Source of the DNA: Botryllus schlosseri
Lineage: Eukaryota
Direction of reading: 5' to 3'
Length of the DNA: 64,000 nucleotides
Assembly: GCA_051294905.1 (NCBI GenBank)
Contig: CM119371.1
Span: 26,600,001 to 26,664,000 of the forward strand
In this document: positions 49,660-61,772 of the stretch, one piece after another
Layout of the letters: each line of letters starts with the position of its first letter
How positions within the stretch are numbered: the first letter of the stretch is position 1
Notes under the pieces: generated by a model
What the model saw: the letters and a program-made list of their open reading frames with translations, nothing else
What the model was told of the DNA's origin: nothing
Database searches by the model: none
Made by a program: the position numbers and the translations under genes

Positions 49660-50245
49660 GACTATATAGTAAACTTTTCATGTGCTGTATCCTAATATGT
49701 ATGGATATTTGTCATAGTAACTGTAATATTTTGTATCTGCCTACACTTGAAAGCAATTTTATTACTCATTGCAGAGACATATTATCCACTCAGTTAAGTT
49801 TCTTGATTCTCGTTTTATTGTATTGTTAGTTGTCTTGGCTTTTTCTATAATGTCAATTCTAATTTGTTTTCGCTTCTCCAACTCATTTCATGTTATTATC
49901 TGTTTTATGATCTTTATATAATACAAAGTAATGGGTAGTGGATACCATTGCATATGTGACGGCATGCTATTATGATCAGGTATGCTTAAATAGGTGAAGC
50001 AGGAAGGGAGTGTGTCAGGGTGGTCTTTTAACCAGCGGATCTACATCCCACGCGCTGATGAAAACGCTGTAGTATATGCGTAATATTTACATTCTTGAAA
50101 GACATGGAAAAGACATTAAAACGAGTCGACAAAAAATCCCCCTTTCTACGACCTGCCGAGATCTAATATCTACTATATCGACTCAGCTTTTCTACATCTT
50201 TGGTCTGTAAAGTGTTTACTGGGAGAAACCACATTTCAATGACGT

Positions 50246-52738
50246 GTACTAATGGTGGGATTACCTCAAAAAGGAAATGAAAAAACAGCTTAGCTGGCAA
50301 AAGAAACTCGAAAAAGACAATAAAATAAAAGCGCTACAAGAAAAAATAAGACGCATACAAAACCAACAAAACCCGGATGAGAACCCAATCGACGCAGTTA
50401 AAGAACTAAAAAGGCTCGAGGATGAAGAGATACGGCATCAATGCCAACTTCACAAAATAAAAGATATAGAGGAAAATGAAAAACCTACGAGGTATTTCTT
50501 CCAGAAACTACAACAGCGAAGGGAAAGTAGAATCCTCAGCTCCGTAGTAAACGGAAACGGTGCAGAAGTCACCACCAAAGAAGAAATCCTAGATACGGTG
50601 GAAAATTTCTACACAGATCTGTGGAGCAAATCAATGAACGCAAACGCATATTTACAAACTAAATACCTCGATACGGTTAAAGAGATCAAGATCACCCCCG
50701 ACCAGCGGGAAGATCTTGAAACTCCGATTACGGAAGATGAAATTAAGTGCATAATCCAGAAAATGGACAACGGCAAGACACCCGGACCAGATGATCTGGC
50801 CAAGGAATTCTACGTTGCCTACTATAATCTGATCAAAAGTGACCTCCAGGAAGTTTTAAACAACTCATACCTCTTTGGAGGTATATGTAAAACATGGTCA
50901 GGAACTAAAAAACTGGAGGCCTATTACCTTATTGAATACTGATTATAAGATATTAACTGCAATGCTAACAGCAAGACTCACACCTATACTTCCGAACATC
51001 GCCAACGAAACGCAAAAATGCGGCATAAAAGGAAGACAAATACCAGAAGTGCTGAGGAACACCAACGCTGCAATAAAATACGCGAAAGAAAGAGGCAAGG
51101 AACTCCTGGTAGTCAACCTTGACCAGGAAAAAGCATTTGATAAAATTAACCACCAATATCTGCACAAAATCCTGGAAGGATACGGACTGCCCTCTCATTT
51201 CACGAAATTAATCAAAAATATCTACAGCGAAGCTAGCAGCAGAATCTTAGTCAATGGAGCTCTAACAAATAAAATAAAACTAGGAAGAGGCATAAGACAG
51301 GGATGTCCGCTCAGCATGAGCCTTTACGCCATCTGTAGTGACCCCCTGGCTAGGCTTATAGAAAAAAAACCGAACATCGAGGCATTCAGGATAGGAGGTA
51401 CCAAAAAGAAAATCCAGCAATATGCGGATGACCTCACTTGCTACCTAACGCGAGAAAAAGATATCGATCTCATATTCCAGGAATTCGAAAGATGTGAACG
51501 TGCAACGGGCCAAAAACTCAACGCACAAAAAACAGAAATTTTGCACATAAAACCGAAAGGGAGCATCCCAACCCAGAAAACAAAATATCAAGAACTCACA
51601 AAGCCGAGCATCAAAATACTCGGACAACATTTTGGCATAAATCAAATTAATGACACATGGGATATGAGAATCATGAAAATAAAGCGAGTACTCTCAGCCT
51701 ACAAACACAGGAAATTGTCCTGGGTAGGGAAGAAAACTATACTGAACTCTATTGCCGCGAGCCAAATTATCTATGATGCCCGAGTAATCCCAATGCTAAA
51801 AGATCAGCAAAAACAAGTCGAAAAGCTATATTTTAACTTTCTCTGGAATCCACTCGAAAAAAACACTTATCGCAGAGAAGGATAAAGGAGGCTATGATAT
51901 ACCTGACGTGGAATCAAGAAATAAAGCCTGTGAACTCGAAAAAATCCAAATACTGAAAAAACTTGATAAACCCACCGAATTTTGGCATCAACACACAATA
52001 TACGAAATTGGAACGAAAATAAAAGAAATCAACGATAAACTATACAAAAACAGCGAACCACATAAATATCCCACCCCAAAAAACTGGATCGACAGCATTG
52101 ACATCAGCAAAAAAATAGATTTCGACGAAAAAGAGTGGCAAGACGCCACCCACAAATCCTTATACAAGGCAATAAAAAGCCTAAAGGAAAATCGTCCAGA
52201 AATCAGAACCGAAAGGGGGGACAAAATCAATTGGAATAAAATAAATCGAACCAAGTATGGAATTTACAAAACCATCACAAACGAAGAATCGATTATTAAC
52301 TATAAAACGGCACACAACGCATATATATTTGGAAACAAAAAAAGAAGCCGAAATCTCACACACTCCAACACAGGAGTAGCACTAGACCTAAAATGCAAAT
52401 TCTGCAACGCAAATGATGATGACGTGATACATATTCTCACATCATGCAACAAGAAAAATCCTAACCCAGCTAGAAAACATCGTGGGGAGGAAGCTGAACA
52501 CAAACAACATCTTATATAACATTGGAAACCAAAAAACAGACTGGACAGTGGACAGTACTGTCCATATATAAAAAATCAATCATAAACTTCAAAATAGCAT
52601 TAGACATAGAAAACCGAAAAGTCGCAGACGAAAATATAACAAAAAAAGATAATCACAATAATTAAAAAACGAGTCAGCCGAATAGAAGCTGACTCACACA
52701 CACGCACGATACTCGGCAAAATAGACATGATAACGTAA
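50246..52738 (+). pseudogene. Element B ORF2, RT and zinc-finger part (several frameshifts/deletions)
   Basis: KTPGPD, NWRPITLLN, GIRQGCPLS, QYADD, CKFC....DVIHIL..C spread over ORFs 50277-50942, 50875-51885, 51908-52519. Confidence 0.93.
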
Positions 52739-53129
52739 TACACGTGAGCAGGACAACAAAATATGAAGAAAGCATAACACCCCCTAAAGTCGGGTCCCAA
52801 ACGAAAGTTTGGCCACCTCAACTAAAATTAAGGGGGAAAAAATGTCTTCGGGCGAAAGGGGAGGGGCCGAAAAAACCTCTAAACCACTCGCGTCCGGCGG
52901 GCAGCCTCTGACCCGTAAACGAAAATACGAAGAGAATGATGAGAATACCAACCTCAAACATTGGAGTATTTGGTTGCACTAAGATACAAGCAAACCTACT
53001 CCCTCGTGATGAGTATGCATGGCAACGCGCCATAACCACCGAAAATAAATAGAGTAAACAAGAAAAGAAGTAACCGTTTAAATTAAGTTCGAAAACCGTT
53101 CAAACACCTTATTTAAAAAAATATATATA

Positions 53130-53159
53130 TATTTGATTGTATTAAGGTAAGCATCGGCT
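53130..53159 (+). ncRNA. Partial SL exon, splice donor and start of putative SL-RNA intron
   Basis: tatttgattgtattaag|gtaagcatcggct. Confidence 0.7.
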
Positions 53160-53281
53160 GTGTCTGAGATTTTTATGAATTGTGAAGTGTGCCTGAAAAT
53201 AGAGATATATATATTCCTGTTATTTGTATTGAAATTCTTCCTGGAATAAAATTGGGATCGCTGCGGCGACCGAAAAAAAAA
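53160..53281 (+). mobile_element. 5'-truncated retroelement 3' end
   Basis: aataaa, short hairpin, A9 tail, perfect 12-bp TSD taagcatcggct (53148-53159, 53282-53293). Confidence 0.85.
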
Positions 53282-54126
53282 TAAGCATCGGCTTACTGGA
53301 CGCTGGCCGGTGCGAAACCCTAGTGGTCCAACCATAATACTTCAATCACTCTCACACCCAGGAGAAGTATGGCCGTCAGGCCTTCATGCTCCGAACCGGG
53401 ATCTGTGTCAGCTTGACTGGCCAGTATCCCAGTCACAAGTATGGTGGCGGCGGGACAAGCCTCCGCAGACGCCCCCAGCCAAAGCCTGCTTGTGACAGCT
53501 GTTAGTACCAACAAGTTGAAGAGAAACTTTGAAGGGAAAACAGAACCAGAAGCAACCTTGTGGGATCTCTTGGGTACTTTGGACCCAAGAGTGACCTATA
53601 AAGGCGCTTGTGGCAATAGCAACATGGTGTAGTGCCATGCGGCTGCCACAAGCGTAACGGGGTGGAGGTTTACTGCGGTTCCTCCAGGTTACCCCTAAAA
53701 AAAAAAAGCATCGACCTATCTGGCTGATGCGAAACCCTTGTGGTACAACCGATACTTCCAATCACTCTCACACCTCGGAAGAGTATGGCCTTTTAGGCCT
53801 TCATATTCCGAACCGGGATCTGTGTCAGCTTGACTGGCCAGTATCCCAGTCACAAGTATGGTGGCGGCGGGACAAGGCTCCGCAGACGCCCCCAGCCAAA
53901 GCCTGCTTGTGACAGCTGTTAGTACCAACAAGTTGAAGAGAAACTTTGAAGGGAAAACAGAACCAGAAGCAACCTTGTAGGATCTCTTGGGTACTTTGGA
54001 CCCAAGAGTGACCTATAAAGGCGCTTGTGGCAATAGCAACATGGTGTAGTGCCATGCGGCTGCCACAAGCGTAACGGGGTGGAGGTTTACTGCGGTTCCT
54101 CCAGGTTACCCCTAAAAAAAAAAAAA
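53282..54126 (+). repeat. Two tandem ~417-bp structured, poly-A-terminated units (SINE-like)
   Basis: Unit 1 53282-53707, unit 2 ~53706-54126; multiple hairpins; A11 and A13 tails; both begin aagcatcg. Confidence 0.92.
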
Positions 54127-55169
54127 CGCAATCTGACCGTAGCTGATTGGCGAGCGGTAGGCCTATTTGCGTATACAAAGGACAACGATTTGAAATTTTG
54201 TACCCGTCAAATTAAACATGACAATTTCTACATCGAAGCATTAAAAACCAGGCTGCTGATAAAAAAATCATAACCGAGCCGTTATTTTCCGTTACTCGTA
54301 TAACGGCAGATCGAAATATATGTATTAAGTGGATTGCAGTCAGAAGTTGATGTTTACCTTATCATATTCTCATACGGCCCTATTTAAAACGGGCAACAAT
54401 TGTTCTTTCGCAATTTTGTACTCATCATTCGAATATGCCACTAGCCATCCGCTTACACACCATGTTAGCGTGGATTTCAGCTAGAATCAGTACCGAAACA
54501 GCACTTCGCCACCGCCATTCTCACAAATCGTGATCTTGTGCTCCCCATAAGGCGATCAATAAGGCTTGTGGCGGGCGAAGTCCCCCAGAACCCCCTTTAA
54601 GGCCGGGATTTTCACAAGAACTAGAAAACACGATTTGATGCGATGGATCCGCTGTGAATTTGCTGTCAAGTCGCGCCAGGCGCGAATATTTAGGCACATA
54701 ATTTAGGACTATAACTTTATTGTATGTTGTTAACTCGTGACCTCCTGTCTGCTATATAGTCAGCAGATATTGGAGTCGCCCAAACGTAGCGGACGAAAAG
54801 AAAACTAAACGAAAAACTTTTGTGAGACGCACCAAAAATTGTCATTTATGCACGTGGTTCATCATTTTCCTCAGTGAGTGCCCCCGGTGGCATTTGTATT
54901 GTGGGGCTGAGATTGAGAAGAATTTTCTTCGCGACCATCCAGCGCGGCTATGGACAATGGACAAATACACAATGTTTCGGCCAATGTAGCATGTCTAGTT
55001 GTGTTGCGACGCGGTATTGGCTGGCACCGAAATGCCTATTTCTGTGTAAATCATGCCATGGTATATTATGTCATACACAGTAAATGACGTCATTATAAAT
55101 AAAGACCTTCTCTCATGAGGCCTTTTCATCGCATTGTTGTCTTCCAAAGATAACTTCTCAGAAGCAAAA

Positions 55170-55327
55170 TGAATGTAATCGTGAGTAATCGTGATTACTT
55201 TTCCAAAGTAATCGTAATCGTAATCGACTACTCGCGGATTTTGCTGTAATCGTAATCGTAATCGCGTGATTCATAAGTAATCGTAATCGCAATCGATTAC
55301 ATTCATGAAGTAATCACCCCATGTCTG
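55170..55327. mobile_element. Opposite terminus of the cagacatgggg MITE family
   Basis: gtaatc repeats ending ...caccccatgtctg. Confidence 0.7.
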
Positions 55328-56845
55328 ATAATGACATCGCTATATGATGTTATTGCGTGACATCCTGTCTGCTACGTTAAAAGATATTGAAATTGCCCAA
55401 ACCTACAGATGGGAATTTCTTCACTGGCAAATAATTTTTCTCTGGGGGTAGAAATATCCATTTCTACGGGCCTACTTTATGTGTATGTTTTCTTCGGGGA
55501 TGGGTACCACATAAACAAGATATTTGGCGATAATAAATCTAGAATTTATGTTTGGGGTGCGGCAGTTGCGGTCCTGATTATGACGCATACTATTGGTTTT
55601 CATCTCTGACATATAGGCTATGTGTCACTAAGAAAAAAGAAATCGTAAAATCGACTGTCGCAAAAGATCTACTGAATGCGTTCGTGTACTGAATATTGAT
55701 GAGGTACCGAAAATAAAATGTAAAGTATACTCCCGAATATATGTTCAACTTAAATTCAGACTATACGCCCTTTCACGGATCTTATCATTGAATAAATGCC
55801 CTCTATTTGGAGGAAATTGTGTTTAACGATAGCGCGGCGACGACAATAACGGTGAGATCGAAACCAGCCCGAGCTTTTGAGCACTTTCGATTGACATTTC
55901 CACTTTCGGCCACAGTTGAATATCATGACCATGCGGTAGCACAACTGTGGTCTTCGAAGCGTAAATGTTTTCTCATTACATTGTAATGTTGCTTTATATG
56001 TAACTCGGATTGAATGTGCTTTGTTCAGTTCGCTCGAGTGTTGCTTGCAATAAACTTGTTTGCCGCTTCACTGTTGACCCGGAGATCAAAAGAATCCAGG
56101 ATAGTTCAAGCAACAAGATGAATTTTGAGAATGAGGGTGGTTTAGAGAACCAAGCTGAGAATGCAGTTGCTATCAAACTTTTTTTCATTTGGGGCCTCAC
56201 ACCCTGCACCCGGGTTCGTTAGGCCGGGGCCCAATTCCAGATCCGGGGAATCAGAACGTACAGTATTACATTATACTACGTGGTCTCCGCATTAGAAACT
56301 GCAATCGACTTTTCCACATTTTGGAGCAGCCTTCCCAGGAGAACAAATGCAGAGCAATGACACACAGTCCACTTGGCACCATCGACCTTCGACGACAATT
56401 GCGCGCAGTGCGCCTAATCAACATGCCCCATTCGACAGATCGAAAGTCTTTCGCACTTGGGGGTGATTTTGTACGCAACGAGCGAAATGCATTGTATTTA
56501 AATAACTGTTTTATGTGAAAATGTTTATTTGAAAAAGAGTAGTATGGGCTGAAATAATACATGCAGTACTTACTGCTAGTTCCGGGTAATGACGATGTAG
56601 GCGTGACATCAGCGATGTCAGAACTACGAGCTTTACCACCATCTTCCATATTGCATTGATAGTATGGAAATAATCAGCAAGTGTATAAGAAAATTCTGGA
56701 AATGCAGAAACTAAATATCTTCAAGGTGACATTTTCTGGACAATAGCTTGAGACTCTATTGAAACTTTTCAAACTGCGTGGGGCTTAAGATATTCGTGCA
56801 AAAATTTAAACAAAAAACACAATATATGAAGTATTTACCTTAGAA

Positions 56846-57155
56846 CAGTGGTTCTCAGAATAATTGGGAGATGACCCCCTTATGATGGTGAAAGATTTTG
56901 CGCCCCCTTATCGTCACATCACAAAACGGGACCGCGATGCTAGCAAACCTAACGGATAGTTTGATGGCATGGAAGGCTACGACTGTGGATGAGAGATTAT
57001 TCGATATGAAATTCGGACTAAATACAGAGCAATAACCAGGAATTTGGTGTAAATCGCGCGGAGCGCGCACAAAATTTTCTGTTGAGGTCAGCTTCGCGCT
57101 CAATTCAGATGCTTTCACGCCCCCAAGGGTCACGCCCCCTGTTGGTGAACCACTG
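56846..57155. mobile_element. hAT MITE (related copy, inverted, at 62236-62529)
   Basis: TIR cagtggttc; perfect TSD ccttagaa. Confidence 0.88.
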
Positions 57156-57553
57156 CCTTAGAAATATCATGATGAATAATACTAAGAAAAAGTTTAATCA
57201 AGCCCCTGCATTAATTCGATATTTAGTACGCATTTTATCAATATTTTTAATAAGTTTCTTTAGGCTCTCGCGGGCCGCACATAACGGTGTTGCGGGCTGC
57301 ATGCGGCCCGTGGGCCGTAGTTTGCCCACCACTGCCTTAGGTCAATCGGTTCAAAGCTTGGAGCACGACGCTTATAGTCGAGTCGCACAAAATGTCAAAA
57401 ATAGCACCATCCTGAAATTATGTCCCTTAGTTGTCCAAATTTCCTCTCCATTCTTGCCGACTCGTTTATTGGAAGAGAAAAAACTCATCTTTAACTGTGC
57501 TGTGTCCTTGGCTTTCGGATATGGTTTGTAAGGTGCATTGTACCACTTGAACA

Positions 57554-60243
57554 TTGGGTTGTAATCAAGTCACAAGGCTCCGAGTCACAAGTCAATCTCA
57601 CTTTTATAGGTTTGACTCGAGTCAAGTCGAGTCATATTCAATTCACCACCCAGTCAAGTCCGAGTCCAAGTCAGTGAGAAGAGGGTCGAGTCCGAGTCAT
57701 GGTATTATGACTCGAGTGGAGTCCAAGTCATTGTGTTGACTGACCAGTTTCCAGTTCAAATCTTGCTAAATCAATTTTTGTAAATCTGTTTGGTGATATC
57801 GAATGGTTCGCATCCATAATATACTAATTTTACTCATTTTTAGCAGTTTTTGGTCGCACTTTCAAGTACCAGTACCAATAGACAAAATCCCAATAGTGTG
57901 GTTAGGCTACTTTACTATTCTTCGACTTTACAATGAAATGTCGGTCTTGGGCGGCTGAGTCTCGAGTCATATGACTTGGTTCGAGTGATGACTTGAGTTC
58001 ACGTCGAGTCAATACACGACAAACAATAAGACAAATTTGGTCTTATGGTCTTAAAGTGACTTTTTATGAAAAAATGTGTTAAAGACCAATCTGTCTCAAT
58101 AAGAATTTTTCATCTCAAAATTAAGACCATTTTCGCTTGAAGCCAAGAGACAAATTGCATGTCTTATAAAGCGGAATCAGTAATCATTTCAAGACTGAAT
58201 AATCTTGAGAATTCAATATGACCTTAATTTTAATGCCGAATAATCTTGACATGATTGAATATGGTACCGTATCAAAAAGCTGAATCAGTTATCATTTTAA
58301 GACCGACTAATCGTGACAATTCAATATGTTCTTGAAAAGCTGAATCAGTCTCGATTTTAAGACCTCACTTCATCAGTAAGACTGAATTTGCTGAAAATGA
58401 GACCAAATCTTCTCAATGTCTTAAATTTGAGACCAAAATTGCAAATTAATTTTCTTAGGGGACACTGTAAAACCCTTAAAACCCACAAAACCCGCAAAAC
58501 CTGTAAAACCTGTAAAACCCGCAAAACCAGCAAAACCCGCAAAACCCGCAAAACCCGCAAAACCCACAAAACCCGCAAAACCTATAAAACCCGCAAAACC
58601 CACAAAACCTGTAAAACTAGCAGGGTTTTGCGGGTGAATTGGCTATCCAAAAGTACGCTCAATTCATTTTACATGAATTATATTAAACCACTGCAGTTAT
58701 GGAAATAGCGTAGCGCGGCGCGCGACGGAAAATTTCGAGATTTGACAGATTTTGTCGAGTGTTAATTTGTAATGAGAACTCAGGGATATATAGAACTCTT
58801 GTTCTACAATATAATCATAATCATATGCCTCTACTACGCACCATCTCCTGCGACGACTTTTTCTTCAGCGCCCCCATACAGTGCCCCCCTAAGCCCAGCG
58901 CCCCCCATATCGCCCCCTGCGCGTTTCCACCCCCTTTAAAATCTAAATTGCCCCCTGGGGGGCGCTGGAGACAAGGCTAAGAACCACTGCTCTACTGGAA
59001 TCTCGGTACGTTTTCCCTGATATACTAAGTGGGCAGCGATGATTCTCCAAGTTGAAGTAAGCTAATGTAATAAAAAATATTATTAAAATAAAACATAGTG
59101 TGAGCACACTCTGCACAGGACGCTGATTCCATACAGGGCGGGTGGCAAAACGGATTTCTTGGTTAGCTAACAGAGTTTTGTGGGTGATAAAGCAGGTTTT
59201 GCCGGTGAATAGCAGGGGTTGCGGGTGATTTGCAGGGTTTTGTGGCTGATAAAGCGGGTTTTGCGGGTGAATAGCAGGGTTTCCGAGTGGCACACACAAC
59301 AATACACACAAAAGCAAGGCATATTCAGGTAATGTGTCTATCTTTTCTTTTACAATATCATCACTTCATGGCCCCAAGTAATCATGGAATGGATAATTAT
59401 TGATAAAAGGAAACCCAACTATTCGTACGCAAAACCAGTAAATAAATGGGAATTGTGATTGTTTGCTAGAGTGTGTTTATGGTCCTGGTACATATAGAGT
59501 CAGAAATTTCGGCACTCGGACTTTTCCAATTGGTGACTAAACAATGGATCAAGGTATAATTAGATGACCTAAACCTTTGCCATGAAGTGATGATATTGTA
59601 AAAGATACACGTACATTACCTGAATATGCCTTGCTTTTGTGGGTATTGTTATGTGTGCCACCCGCAAAACTCGCTTTGTCACCCGCAAAACCTTGCTATT
59701 CAAGCCCAAAACCCGCTTTTTGTCGGCCGCAAAACCCTGCTATTCACCCGCAAAATCCTGCTACTTAACCGCAAAATCCGTTTTGCCACCCGCCCTGTAT
59801 GGAATCGGTGCCCTGTGCTGAGTGCGCTCACACTATGTTTTTTTATTTATTTTTTATTACATTACTTCAACTTGGAGAATCATCGCTGCCCACCTGATAT
59901 ATCGGGCAAAACGTACCGAACTTCCAGGAGGGCCACCCGCAACACCCTGCTATTCACCCGCAAAATCCTGCTATTCACCCGCACAAATCCGCTTTATCAC
60001 CCGCAAAACCCTGCTAGTCAACCGCTAAACCGTGCTAGTGGTAACCCGCAAAACCCTGCTAGTTTTACAGGTTTTGCGGGTTTTGTGGGTGTTACGGGTT
60101 TCCCAGTGTCCCTTTTTGTAGTGATACACACATTGACTTGAGTCGAGTCATTTCCGTATATTGAGAAAAAATACTTGAGTCACGTCGAGTCATCATAAAA
60201 TCGTGACCTGCGTCCAGCCATGACTCGAGTCAATACAACCCTG
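57554..60243. mobile_element. gactcgagtc-family hAT MITE hosting a CACTA-like element
   Basis: Aligns with 45447-46409; TSD cttgaaca/cttgaaaa. Confidence 0.85.
58015..60123. mobile_element. CACTA/EnSpm-like non-autonomous element containing a foldback module (58458-60112)
   Basis: Termini cacgacaaa / tttgtagtg with 3-bp TSD ata; 9-bp aaaacccgc arrays; ~350-bp inverted arms 58995-59372 / 59578-59926. Confidence 0.65.
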
Positions 60244-60455
60244 CTTGAAAACTTATGGTGTTCGATTTGATTCATTTCACATAGCAATTATTGCAATCAC
60301 CATTCAGCGGAGCCAGTGTGCCATAAACCAGGTTGCAACCACTCAATACCTCACTCTTTCTGTGCTATCTCTCGAAACGTCGACTTTCCTCAATCCATTA
60401 CAATGAACAAACGAAACACAGACAACGGAATCACAGCTGAAATCGACATTCACAC

Positions 60456-61125
60456 CATAGTGTCCTATATGGTGTCGACACAAGCAAATCTCACGGCTCA
60501 GTGAAATTGTATCACGTCACAATTTCCATTTGGCTACAGGCAATTTCACTTTCATTTTTGACCGGCTTGCCGAGCATTAAATTTGGTAAAACGGGTATCA
60601 ATCGTCCAGTCCAGTATGAAAATCAGTGATTGCGGAAATTCTCAAATATTCAAGGAATTCATTTCCACCGAAAATGCTTTTTTTCAAATCCAAAACTTTC
60701 CACTCCAAGAACTTCGCTTCCACTCGTTCGAATTGAGACTAAAACTCGAATGTGAGCAAAAGTCGGAGATTCGTGACGTCATGATGACACCAAATAGAAG
60801 TCCACAATACAACTTCGAGAGTTAGTCTCATGTTACTCTCTCGTTTCACCAGACAGCATTGTTGCGTCTCAATGCCAATCTCCATAACAATGAAAATTTC
60901 AAGGCTGATTGTGGTGGTTCCAGGGCCACGAGCGGAATAAAATTCCTATTTTCGTAATCAGTGCAGAGTCAGCTTTCGATTGATACCCGTTTCACCAAAT
61001 TTAATGCTCGGCAAGCCGGTCAAAAATGACCGTGAAATTGCCTGTAGCCAAATGGAAATTGTGACGTGATACAATTTCACTGAGCCGTGAGATTTGCTTG
61101 TGTCGACACCATACAGGACACTATG
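60456..61125. mobile_element. MITE with ~148-bp near-perfect TIRs (catagtgtcc...)
   Basis: 60456-60604 vs 60977-61125; diverged left end also at ~8020; no TSD match. Confidence 0.8.
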
Positions 61126-61286
61126 CGCAGACTATAGGTTCTCACACCTCAGAGCTCAGACGAAGAGTTTCAGCTCTACTCAAGAGACATGATGCATCAC
61201 TAACGCACTTATCAACACTCCTTGGCGTTGACTTTCAAATTGTTTACATGGTCTCTCGTTTAAATAATATAGAAAGGCACCATAAT

Positions 61287-61772
61287 TAAGGCTGGGCAAA
61301 ATCGATTACCGGAGTGATTCGATTATGAATCACGTATTATGCTTCGAGTCGAGTCGAGTAATCGAGTATCACTCATTATGACGTCTCAGCAGAATGTACT
61401 ATGTCAAAGTTCAAATATGTACCTTAGTTATCTATAATTTTATGCCACCACAAAGAACATAATGCCTATATATCCATCACATTGCAGATACTTTGGTATT
61501 TTTTCGACCATACCGACTTCATTGCACTTCTTGACAATATTGTGGGATATGATCATGACTTCGGAAATGTGTTATTTTCATTAGCGTTCGTAGCTTTGTA
61601 CTATGTCTCGTATGCTGCAACACGGCCAGTCTAGGTCTCAACGCTTCCTCAGTGGAAAATGGTACGTTTCAGTTGCCAGGAGCGTATAATTTCATTACTA
61701 GAAAAAATCATGTTTTACTGCTCGACTCGATTCATTAGAATTCGATCACTCGAATCATTGTGCCCAGCCCTA
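61287..61772. mobile_element. hAT MITE, same family as 45459-45962 (inverted)
   Basis: TIR taaggctgggca / tgcccagcccta; internal homology. Confidence 0.85.

Larger units (their letters stand above)
41825..50245. other. ~8.4-kb insertion splitting element B ORF2, itself filled with MITEs and SINEs
   Basis: ORF2 stops at KHKTV and resumes at WWDYLKK; only a possible 3-bp gta repeat at the junctions; no TIR seen. Confidence 0.75.
38233..53129 (+). mobile_element. Decayed L1/Tx1-clade LINE (element B) inserted in an SL-like sequence, interrupted by later insertions
   Basis: ORF1 and ORF2 remnants; A7(TA)n tail; ~20-bp TSD tatttgRttgtattaaggta. Confidence 0.88.

Noticed and set aside
53280..53310. 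A complete functional SL RNA gene
   Set aside because: The 5' attggag of the leader and the upstream promoter are not adjacent to any donor-bearing copy; only fragments are present
53500..53545. aagttgaagagaaactttgaaggga resembles a 28S rRNA segment
   Set aside because: Short, purine-rich and gapped; the flanks do not continue the similarity
53720..53740. ctgatgcgaaac as a hammerhead ribozyme core (retrozyme)
   Set aside because: Lacks CUGANGA and stem II, and is not conserved in unit 1
55750..56650. Possible decayed transposase or host exons on the minus strand
   Set aside because: Motifs too degenerate to support a call without a search
58357..58708. Lys/Thr/Arg-rich and GFA-repeat ORFs
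   Set aside because: Translations of a 9-bp tandem repeat
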